Below the pieces are notes generated by a model that saw only the letters and a program-made list of their open reading frames with translations, searched no databases and was not told where the DNA came from. From Antedon mediterranea (taxonomy: Eukaryota > Animalia > Echinodermata), in the NCBI RefSeq assembly GCF_964355755.1, contig NC_092672.1:24565237-24629236 (forward strand): a stretch of 64,000 nucleotides of DNA, written 5' to 3'. The position numbers were made by a program, and so were the translations under genes. Below, in pieces: positions 1 through 11,336 of this stretch (position 1 is the stretch's first letter; every line of letters starts with the position of its first letter).

Positions 1-924
1 AATTTTCGAAAAATCCTTGTACTACAGTACATGAATTTTGTTTTTTAAAACACGGTAAATTCGACTACAATATGTATGTTGTATTAATTGTTAGTTCTTT
101 TAATATGACGAGACGTTTTTTGTTGTGTTTTTAGGGTGTGAACAATTGTCAATCAAAATTGTATATATATGTTAAATACTATGTAACTATTTAAAAAACC
201 CACCCTGACTTCTGATTGGCCAACCATATTCCAAGTAGTTTGATAAGTTAGCCTTTTTCAAAAATTTAGACAAAATTACCGTTAACTTTGTCTGGGGCTT
301 TTTTTCTAGGCCACATGGTATCATAGGATATGTGTAACTGTAAGAGGAGTAACTGAAGGTTACTGGATAATAACCTCTATAGTATGAGTTATTATCAAAA
401 TATATTATTAGAATTGGTGGAATGAATTATTTGATTCACATCAAAATGAATTGTAGTGGAATTGCTCTTGAAATAAATATAAAATAGTTGAGAATTTACA
501 CTACTAAGGAAATAGTCTTGACAAGAATATAGAATTCACCATTTAATGTACACTCAACTGCAAAAGTTTCCCCTCTGCTTTTTTTGTAAGGGCTTGGGAC
601 CTTCAAATACAAAGTGCAATGAATGATATAATGTAAATTATAATGTAATAATTAAAACTGAATGTAATTTATAAAAATTACAAAATAATTTACAACATTA
701 ATCATTGCTCTTTGGATTTGGCAGCATTAAAAACTTTTTTTTTTTATTATTATTATTAACTTTACTGCACATTCAGAATACCATTAGATATGGTGGCCCA
801 ATGGCCAAATTGCATAAAATACAAATATTTTGTAAAAAGTGAATATAAAATCACAGAACAAATAAAAATTGAAGATATACGAAACAGTATAAAAACTATC
901 CATGGCTACAACAATCATTTGGAA

Positions 925-3900
925 TCATTCTTTTTGCTGCTTTTTTTTCCTCTCTTGACGAAGGCGACGGATGGCAACCATAGCCGATTTCCATTCTTTA
1001 AAAGTCACATCAGATGTTGCAGCACAATACCAATTTCCATAGTACTGAGTGTGGTTCTTATTTAATCTTGGTTGCTTACACTTTGAGCACACAATCGCAG
1101 ACGTTCTTGGTTTGTATATTTTGATCGGTTTCCCTTCCGATATGTCTTTAGCCACTCGTTTTCTGTACAAGAGGGTAGTTCTAGGAATACGAGTACTGCT
1201 AGCCTCAGGGACTGACGGTGGTGGTTTTGCTATCTCGCCAGGAACTGGGATCGACGGTCTGTTTCCTAGAGTCGCTAGGCCGGAAGTGTTTTTTGGTAGG
1301 ACAAATGTGAAAGATGGAGCGCTTGTATGAACGTTTAGCACCGCTGGCTTGGTTAAAGGTTCAAGTAGGGTTTTATCAGAGACAAGTTTGGGTATTGTTG
1401 CCGAGATGCCAGATTCCAACACTTGCCGCTCTTGCTTCTTTGACGTTCTGTTGTACCTGTTGAAAATAAATCAAACACAGTATTTAAAAACTTTAATGTA
1501 TTTACTGTAGCGTAAAATAACAATCAATAACAAGTAAAAACTCACCACTGGATGAGTGTCGTACGATTTATCTCCATCAACTGAAGCTTAGCAAACAACA
1601 TCAGGTGTCCATTCGACAGCACTTTCCGACGAATGTTCTTGTAGCCTTTGGTAATGAGCGGCCAGCGCTGGAAACGTTTACCTTCGATAGATACGGTAGA
1701 TGGATACGCTTCACATAGTTTTGTAATAATGCACTCCATATATCGATTGCAGTCCGGCCACTGAGCTGGCCCGGTGTTCTGACCTAAGAAGCATCTTTTT
1801 TAAAAAAAACCGAAGAAACAAGTTAGATTTAAGACACATCATGCAACAAAGTAAAAAACGCTGGAAACTGCCTTACCGTCGAGTGCTTTCGACACCAGGT
1901 ATTACGGAAGTAGTTTTACTTTTCTTGAACCTGCCTTTCGTCAGGTAATCTTGATGCCGTGCTTTGCGCTTAATGGTTTTGTCATAAGCATCCAGGTTGT
2001 TCCACAACTTTGCGACATGTTCAGCATGACTTTGACTTATCACTCCACTGTCTTCCTTAAACTGCATAAGGTAGTCTGCCAGGGCTTCAACTTTGGCGTA
2101 GCCTGGAATGTTGTCCGGTCCAGTGGAATCCTCAAGTTCCTAAATTGTAAAATATGAAAACAAAATATATAATCAGACTCGTGCATTGTATTTCAAAACA
2201 GAAACAAAATTTGTGAGGTAGAACCTAATGATACAAATTTAACTCACTGTGTCAAAAAGGGCTGCTTTTCCTTGACCATCATCATCATTATCGTCACATG
2301 AAGGCAAGGGCTCCAGCTGGGGTGGTGAGGGTTCTTTAGCATTTCGAGGTTCAAAACAACGCTTAGGTGGTTTGTAGTCTGGTTGAGTCTTGTCATCATA
2401 CCCTTCATCAACATCAAAAGTGTAAATTTCTTCATCAAAGTCTTCATCATAAATGGTATCTGTTTTGACAGGAAATTGAGTTTCGAGCACTTTGTTCGAC
2501 TGGTTGTACAGGTACTCCACTCCGATGAGTTCTCCAGTGTACTTGTTTGGAATGATAAAACTTTTGTACACTTTTTTGCCAATCACTTGCTCTGCCAGTA
2601 TGTTGAGAGCATGCTGATGCAGTCCACTATATGTACTGGAGATGGGTCCTCCAGACTGGGTAGCGGCTAGTGCACGGTTTGCATTCCATCGAACAAGTCC
2701 ATCCATCAGGTAAGCTTGGAAATGTAAGTCGCTAGCACGCTCACCTGAGAAAAAAATAAAACATCCATAATAATGAAATAATACAAAAATCTGTAGATCG
2801 GTTTGAAGATTTGGTAGATACCAAATAAAAAGTAATACTGTACCTGGAATAAACCTGTTAAGGTGAAGATGAAACGATTCCAAAGAAGTGGAGCCTCTTG
2901 CGCAACGATATACTGGCAAGGTAACTCCACCCTTAAGCATCTCACTGGTTTTTGTGTAGAGCGGGATGCCTTCTGGATCCTGGATGCAGGCGATGTGTCG
3001 CTCTTGTGAGCTCCAGATATCCCAGGTCTGTTCAGAGTCTAAGAGTGGGACGCCCATTGTGTCACGGCCTTCTTCACCATCGAGGGAAGTCAGCAGCTCT
3101 CGGATTAGGTTGGCAGTCTCGCGAGTCATTCGTGTTGTCCTGCGACAATGTAAAGCATACTCCTTCTTGCTGATGTTTTTCAATATGATGTCGTCTGTTG
3201 GGTTGGAATGCTTCTTGCTTGCAATGAGCTGTTCACGCTTGGCGAGCTTCAGAAGTTCAACATCGTCAGCGCTCCACTCAAAAATGCAAGCGGAAAGACG
3301 TTTGAGAAATATCGGATACAACTGATGTGATTCTGTTGAACAAGCTGCAGCAATTCTCCTCATGAAGTGCCAGATGTCCAGACGAATTTTCATGTCAGGC
3401 CAGGCGCTGAACATCTTCCTTATGCTTGAATGACCGCAGCAGTCACGGTCGACGTAGAGAATCTCGGGAGGAGGTACGCCTGCCAAAGCATATCGGTTAA
3501 TGATGCCGTTTGTCATGTTGTTTAAGCCACATCCTTCTGCAGCAGTCAGGACTGTAATGAGCACCTGGCCGTACTCATTTCCGACGTTTGTTGCCCACGC
3601 TCCTGTTCCACATGCACGACCGGCTAGCTTCCTTACAATCTGCAAAAAAACCCAAACAAATTTATTAGGAAGAAAGCTTCCCCACAATCTGCAAAAAAAA
3701 AAAAATTCAAATAATTAAAAGTAAATTGCAGAAATAGTATTGTTTATAAATTATTTACACTTTTGGTCGAGTCAATCTTCAACACTCTTCCGAACGTCGA
3801 TGTGATAGAAGCCTTGAGTTCGTCGATTCTTCCCATTACTTCGTTGCAGTAGATGGTAAGGAACCATTGGACAGAGGGAACAGGAATCATTTTAGACACC

Positions 3901-5523
3901 TCATCAAATTTAGAAGCAGCAATGACATAATCATCACGAGAACCACAGAACTTCTTGCAATTTTCTAAGTAGAGAGCCACTCTCTCATTCCACCGCCTTG
4001 TGTGTTGTTCTAAGACTTGTTGGCGAAGCTGTGATGGACTGTTACCGAGACCGCGGTACTTTAGAAGCTGCAGGACCCGGTTGTCGCAGGCCAAGTGATA
4101 CGAAAGTACAACAGGAAACTGAAGGCGATGTGCTAAATCAAGTTGCTTTAAAATGTTTTCACTCCAGCCAATTTGTCTTTGTTTGCAATTAGAGCACCTC
4201 AGTTGCTCTGTTGCAAGAAAGTAGTGGCAGTCTAAATCCAGGACCGGACGAACGATTCCATGGAGGCCGCCTGATGTTAGTGGATAGCTCTTGCATTCTG
4301 GCCGAGGGCAGACCAGCTTGACCTGCCAAGTCTTGCGGGGCAACCAAAGAAGAAGACGATGACCGAAGTAACTGTTGGCCATGGGTATGTTTTTGTTGAG
4401 CGGATCCGGTTGAGGTGGATAATACCAAAGTTGTTTGAGTTTAGTTGAATCCAACTCTGCGGTCCCCTTCTTCGATTTCTTGAATAAGGTTTTTGAAATC
4501 CACTGCTGATCGATCTCGGGCAAGTTCTTCTTCCATTTATCTGGTATGAGACAATCTGCAAGAAAAACCAAAACAAAATTGTATAATTAATGAAACTACA
4601 TTATGTAATTTTCATTTTCTAGTTTTAAAAATCAAACAAAATAATTAAAATTACACTGAAATAAACTACCTTCACTCTGTTTGATAGTTATTGTAGTGTA
4701 TGGCATAGTACTAACAGGTTCATAAGATGTATTTGGTTGAGCTGTAAGACGGAAAATTAAAGAATATTTAGCAGTAAACTACTTTCATTCGCTATCTACA
4801 GTATGCTATAAAGCAATGTATTTAAACAACACGATTTTATGATTGAGTATAAATGAATGCATAAAAAAAAACGTAAACCCAGCAAGCCTACAACATACAC
4901 AGGCACTAAAAATGCAAAACCTAAAATTATTAATTTAGAAAATGCACAAAAAACACAAATATGGAATAAGTCTCACCTGGTGCATATGAGGTTGATGGTT
5001 GCAAAGAAGCATCAAAGACATCAGTACCAGAAAGTGTTTCATCTGTGACATCCTCAACCTTTTGTAGCTTAATACCAACAGGTATGTACGATGTCTGTCT
5101 AGTTGGGCATTTCCTGCAGCGTTTTATTTCTTTCATTGCTATGGCTTCTTTGCCTTCTGGGAAAGACTCCAAGTACCTCTTAAAGTTGAATTTGTTAATA
5201 CTAAGTGAACTTGTACTTGGAATTTCATTAGCCATTTTAATAACAAAACATACTGCATATTCCAGTACATTTTCGACCATCCACTTGAATGTTTGTCCAC
5301 TGTATTTACTATGCTGAAACTTGTAGCAGCCCAACACATCACATTCATCTTTGGTGTTTCCACCCAGCCTGCACACCTCCTTCAAGGCATCTTGCCGTAC
5401 ATCATCAGGAGTTAGACACTTGCCAGTTGGTCGTTTTCTCAAGCTGTTAAATACTACAGCAGCAGATGTATCTTCAAGAATTAAGGCACCCTCTTCACTG
5501 CGCCGAAAAGTTGGTCTGAACAT
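925..5523 (-). CDS. Spliced DDE transposase-like protein (DUF6729-like), 8 coding exons, 1250 aa
   Basis: GT-AG exons 5523-4977, 4741-4670, 4555-3759, 3639-2844, 2744-2248, 2139-1877, 1794-1546 and 1456-925 total 3753 nt with consistent phases. Motifs: KIDSTK (D), LYVDRDCC (D), RLDIWHFMRR (DxxH), RGSTSLESFH (E), a Cys cluster (CPRPEC...CSNC) and a C-terminal CSKC..H..C finger. Confidence 0.85.
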
Positions 5524-6887
5524 ACTGTACTGTCTATTGAACACCTGCAAAACTAAAAAAACTGATCAAAGGCAAAAACATATGTAAGTAAAGTATGTGA
5601 AAAAAGAAAATTTTACCCGTATAATGCCACTGTGCACCGTGCAGTTGTAGTAAATGGCTGTAAATAAAAGAAAATCAAATCTAAATAAAATAAAATATCT
5701 GTGGGTTAAAATTTCTCAAGTAATAATTAATAGTAGACCAAGACTTTAAATGTAAAATATTAATAAAATGAATTACATATAGCATTAAAACATATCTACT
5801 AAGAACAAACTATTTTATCTAAATTAAATTAAGAAAATATTACATATGAATGAATTTTTCAATTAAAAAAACTATATAAAGAATTACAACATAAAGAGTA
5901 AATTGAATAATCTTTGTTTATTAAACAGTGTATGTATCAACTCTTTGATCCCTGAGCACTTCCTTTAATGCAATCAAATTATTTGAGAATCTTATCTAAA
6001 TCCACAAATACAGTTGATTGCCTAATTAAACGAATGCTTTAGATCAAAGAGTTGAAGCCTACACTTAATTAAACAATCATTATAATAAAAGTTAAATTGT
6101 TTATCTATCAATTAAAAGGGTTGACATGTGAACAAGGCTTTATAGTCTGTTTCCCATGGATGCTATTCTGATACACAGCACACATTTAGTTTTTTATAGT
6201 TTAAAATTATGTTTAGGCCTAAAATCTATTACAGGGTACATAGGCTAGTCTAACTAGTAGTAGGATTGTTAAAATATTAAATAAATTAAACTTTAAAGAA
6301 TAGCTTAATTACTTTAAACTAAATTTATTTACTATGGGATGGTTCTACGATAAATACTAATCTAAGCCTAGGCCTAGTCTAAACTACTGTAGTAGATAAG
6401 TTTTGAAGAAAATAAATAACAGGGAGCCCTAAGTAGGTAGCATCTTACTAGGGCCTAGCCCTTACAGGCCCATGGTTTGACTTACAATTCATGGCAACCA
6501 AAAAAGATCTAGGCCTACCTAGAGGTCTTTCTATCTAGCCTACTAGCTAGGCCCTAGGCTATATAGTAAATACATTAATTAAAGTAAGTGTCGAGTGACA
6601 CTATCTAACCCTAACTAACCTATAAAGGCATGCGTTATTGTTAATACTTTATGAAATATATGTAGGCCTACTGGTAATTAGGGGGATAAGTAATAATAGC
6701 AAATGCATTTTACCACACACAGAGCAGACTACCGCCAACAAGAATTAGCGTCGGCACCCATACAAACACATTTGCTAGGCCATGGCATAGTTTCTATTGA
6801 CTATGTATGGCTAGGTTAGGCCTAGGCCAAACAAGTTATCAACACTTTAAATGCCGATTTCAAGCATGAAATCAATTTCGCTCTTAC

Positions 6888-7195
6888 CTTTAATGCAAGT
6901 ACACGTTCGAGTTGAATACAGCTACTACCAGAATTCGCCTTGAAATTAATAATAATAAGTCTAGAGGATTTGTAAAAACATGTTGTCGCATGTTAGTCTC
7001 TGGACAAAATCTCATCATTGTTTGTGTTGTGAAAAACTTGTTTAAGTCACATATTAATTACGTCACTTTTCAGTGTTCTGATTGGTCAAAATGACAAATT
7101 TGGAACAATTTTTCTAATGCTCTGATTACGTCACTTTTCAGTGCTCTGATTGTTCAACTTTTGGAACGCTTTCCGCTGCTCTGATTGGTCAATCA
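6888..7195 (-). promoter_or_regulatory. Putative promoter and non-coding first exon of the transposase-like gene
   Basis: Splice donor (AG|GTAAG on minus) at 6888/6887 pairs with an acceptor at 5545/5544 just upstream of the ATG. Repeated CTGATTGG (CCAAT box) and duplicated ATTACGTCACTTTTCAGTG motifs lie at 7057-7190. Confidence 0.45.
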
Positions 7196-7949
7196 GTTGT
7201 TCAATTCATTGTCCAATTCAATGCCGCGTGGGATTTCATAAAAGAATAGCGGCGTTTTGTGTGAATTGTCGAAATAATCAGCCTTTAGTTTAAGGTGTTT
7301 TTAATATAATTTATTACTAAAGAATTACGTATTAAAATTATAGTTTCTATTAATACTATTAGGCCTAATTATTAGTCTCTAAACCCATGTCTATTATTCT
7401 AGTAGTAGCTGTGTGGGTGTGTGTGTGTGTGTGTTAGGTATAAGTCAGCAAAATTAAACAATAACATTACACAAAAATACATTTTTTATTCTCGTGGGTC
7501 TAATCTTCCCATCTCATGTGTTCACATACGCGCATTTTTAAAGTTCCTTTGAGTACATGCATATTGTTTGATAATAAAATAGCAGAATTAAAAAATTACA
7601 GTACACAAATTATACACATTTTTTATTCTTGTGGGTCTAAGCTTTCTTTGGGCTATGTCCAATTAATTTAATATCTTGCCTAGCTGTCGATTAGCCTCGA
7701 CACATTTTGCATAGTGGTGTGTGTGTGAAGATTAAGAAGAGTGCGCGAAGGCAATCACGTGAATTGACCTAGAATCCTAGGCCTACTCTAGAAAGAATCG
7801 TATCGCAGTTTAGTTGTGCGTGTAATCACTTCTTGTTGCTATACGCTTGGGTGCACACGGAACAACAAATTTAACTGATGAATTATTCATGTTTATTTTG
7901 TGACGTTTCATGAGGGGGTCCCCAACTTATGTACGAAAAAAAAAATCGC

Positions 7950-8081
7950 TGCCCGGACCGATTTTATCCAGGCCGGACCAGTTTTGGCGGCCAAAATTGG
8001 TCCGGCCGGACAGGTTTTGGCAGTCATAAATGGTCCGATCCCCCGGACTGATTTTGGCCCGGACTGATTTTGGCGTGACAG
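7950..8081. repeat. GC-rich subterminal-type repeat array (GGACYRRTTTTGGC units), likely one end of a DNA transposon
   Basis: About six copies of a ccggacc/tgattttggc-like unit in mixed orientation, ending ...ggcgtgacag. No partner end seen in the window. Confidence 0.5.
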
Positions 8082-8857
8082 GGCCCTAAAAACGACAACA
8101 AAACATAATAATGGCATAAAAATGGCAAGAGGCATTAATAAAAAGATTAAAATGTAGGGCTACAATAAAACAATGTTAAAAATTGGATTAATTAATATAA
8201 GTCATTGCAGTCATTTCCCAGGTACGTACTTCTCAAGATCCAGGTCATAGAATGTAGAGTCGCCCACCCTTCCTTCTTCAGCAGCAACACACGTGTGTCA
8301 TGGCATGATGACTCATCAAAAAAAGTTCTCAAAATGAAACATGTAGGCCTATGTATGTATGTGGGGTGAACATGTTGTTACGTTTGTTGCCTGTAATATT
8401 TTATGGTAATTAGTAATTTATAGAACAGTGAATGTTAGGAAAAAAATGGCGAAATAAATGTAAGGGTACACTCAGCTACTAAACTATAATTAGGCCTAGC
8501 TAGCCCTAGGCTAAATACTACGTACTAGCTAGGCCTAGCTAGGCCTAAGAAAGTGTCTGTAGGCCTAGGCCTACTTAAGGCCGGTGCACACCAAACGCGA
8601 AGCCGCGAATTTCGCGTTAAAAAGTGACGCACGCGGCAGGCGACGGACGCTTCCAGTGTGAACATACAAGCGAACAGTGTACGATAGTCGAATTTCAACT
8701 TCAACGCGTTGAAAACGACAGCAGCGAAGGCTTCGCACGCGAATTTTCAAAAGTTGAACCTTGGTCAACTTTTTGAGGCGTCGCGAGCGCGGTTTGCGTT
8801 CGTCAACCAATCAGAAGTCAGGAATATCTCTCATCGACGACACCGACGGCAAAAAAA

Positions 8858-9045
8858 TGGTGGCTGACGAGCGAGGTCTTTATGGAAATACTTACCCTTC
8901 TTGTCTTTACGATAAGGGAAGTAAGTCATACACAGACAGAAACATAAGGATTAATGCATGAAGACAATAATTTCAGACAAACATCTGTGTAGAAAAATGC
9001 CAGAAAAACTAGGCCTAAAACGCGTCAGAGATCAATTTGTAAAGT
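8858..9045 (+). pseudogene. Degenerate MADF (Myb/SANT-like) DNA-binding ORF of the Harbinger element
   Basis: YPSCLYDKGSKSYTDRNIRINA* matches the MADF pattern PCLYD....Y.D...K..AW, with W mutated to stop. Followed by KCQK..RDQF-like residues with frameshifts. Confidence 0.65.
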
Positions 9046-10214
9046 GAGTTGGCAAGCCTATTTCTAGCCTAGGCCTAGGCCTACCTAGGTTTAGGCAATA
9101 CTAGGGCCTAGCTAGGCCTACCTAGCCTAGGCTACATATACCCTAGTAGGCTAGGCCATGCCAAGTAGTACTTATAGGCCTACATAATACTTACTAATCC
9201 CCACTAGTCTACTATGAGCTAGGCCTAGCCTACTTATTATTATTAATTAATATTTATAGGCCTAATATTTAGTTGATTTAGTGTTGTAAGGCTAGGATAG
9301 GCCTAGGCCTAGTAGTAGTAATATTAATACATAAATACTGTTGTTTTTGTTTCTTTTATGTCAATTAGATGAACATTGATAAATGGGATCCTTCAGGCTA
9401 TTACCAGCGTTACAAACTCCACCAATGACCAAGCTAGTAGTTTAAGCGGCCAGTATATTATTGCCATGGAATTAAGAGCAATTGCTCCTCAAAAACGTGG
9501 ACTGGCAATTATGAGGCTGATACAGGTTTGTATAGACTTTTTTCAAATGGGTATGTCAGTTGGTGACATACATAGGCCAGAAAAAATGATTTGAGCAATA
9601 TGCCTTACTATAGCAATTTATTAATACTTGTTTCATTTTTTTTTTTATAGAAAATGGAAGAGATTAAGGAGAAGTTGGACTGTAACTAGTATTTATTAAG
9701 TGGTTATAGAAGGAAAGCTGAACTGAATGTCTTTTTTTAGCAATAGAGAACACATGGAAATATAATATGTATGTTTTGTTATACTCCAATACTAAAAAAA
9801 TAGTCAAATTGGCTGCCAGCTAATGGAATTTTTTTCATTTTATAAGTGAAAACATAAGTTTTTTGGGTTTTTTTTTCTATGTAAGTGATTAACTTTGTTA
9901 AAACTACAAAATGGCCTATTCAAATTTGATTTTAATCATCTTCATTTTTCATGATTCTATGGGACAATACATTTTTAAGTTTAGTGACATTTTTTGGACA
10001 AGATATATTGTCTTCCTGAAAATATAATTTAAAACATTTTCGTTGTGTGTAATACAGTATAACACTTTAGGGTTAGTTATTCACTTTTAACAATAATAAT
10101 ATTTCTTCAATTTTCATTTTTTTTGGGATGATACATTTTAAATTTATTATTTTGATATTATTTTGCGAAAGTATTCAGGAGTAGTAAAAAAGAAAATCTG
10201 GTTGATATTTAATT

Positions 10215-10483
10215 ATACCTTTAAAAACAATGATTCACTATTTCAATAAGTGTATTTATGTGAAAAAGTCATAAGATAATATACAGTGTAATGATTAATT
10301 ATTTAATGATACCTTTAAAAACAATGATTCACTATTTACATAAGTGTATTTATGTGAAAAAGTCATAAGATAATATACAGTGTAATGATTAATTATTTAA
10401 TGATACCTTTAAAAACAATGATTCACTATTTACATAAGTGTATTTATGTGAAAAAAAAGTAATAAGATAATATACAGTGTAAT
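10215..10483. repeat. 94-bp tandem repeat, ~3 copies
   Basis: ATACCTTTAAAAACAATGATTCACTATTT... starts at 10215, 10309 and 10403; copies near identical. Confidence 0.9.
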
Positions 10484-11336
10484 TATGAGTTTGGGATATT
10501 TATTACATTTAATCAAATGAGAAAAAAACTGTATGTTTTGTCATGAATAATATAATATTTAATAATAATTAGAAAATGAATGTGAAAACTTTACATTAAT
10601 ATATAGGCCTATAGTTTATATTTGAAAGTGACAAACCCATGAAGATTCCCAGTTCGTGTTTATATGAAATGTTTTATATGGTTATAATAACCTCTGTTGA
10701 AAGATATTTGTAACACCTCTAATAAATACAGTCAGCAGATCACATGTACGTGTAATCAACATGCAATAAATGCTTTAATTCTTGTAACTGTATTGATATT
10801 GGATACATCTTCTTCTGTCCTTGTGATATATACATACAATCATGCACATTTCAAGCTTTGGAAAAGGATAACATTTTCCCACCAAAACCAAACACTGTGA
10901 TTGGTGTAACCAGGGAAGAGTTAAATTACATTTTAATTTAACTCTTCTCTGGTTAAACTTACGTAGGAAATACTTCAGAGTCATCTTCTCTGATTATTTT
11001 AAATGTAGCATTGTATTGGCCAACCCACTATCTCCTAGGCCTAGCAATCGCGACGAATCAGCAGATCGTGACGCGTTTAGTGGGAACCGACAAGAAAAAC
11101 TAATAGACGCATGACAATTCAACTTTCAAAGCGATCCGTCGAATGACGCGTGACGCATGACGCTTCGCGGCTTCGCGTTCGGTGTGCACAGGCCTTTATG
11201 TAGGGTGATGTAGGCCTAAGGCTATACTAGTACTAACTACTTTCTCTAGGCCTAGTCCTAAATACTAAATACTACTAACTAGGCCGAGTGTCTGTCTATA
11301 GGCCTACTTATGTAAGTTGATGTAGGCCTAAGCTAA

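Larger units (their letters stand above)
8578..11195 (+). mobile_element. Non-autonomous PIF/Harbinger DNA transposon
   Basis: About 32-bp TIRs AGGCC(G/T)GTGCACACC(A/G)AACGCGAAGCCGCGAA with a 3-bp TTA TSD (8575-8577, 11196-11198). Internal MADF remnant. An empty-site paralogue lies at 11288-11335. Confidence 0.85.

Noticed and set aside
1049-5587. Plus-strand ORFs overlapping the transposase-like gene
   Set aside because: Antisense shadows of the real minus-strand exons.
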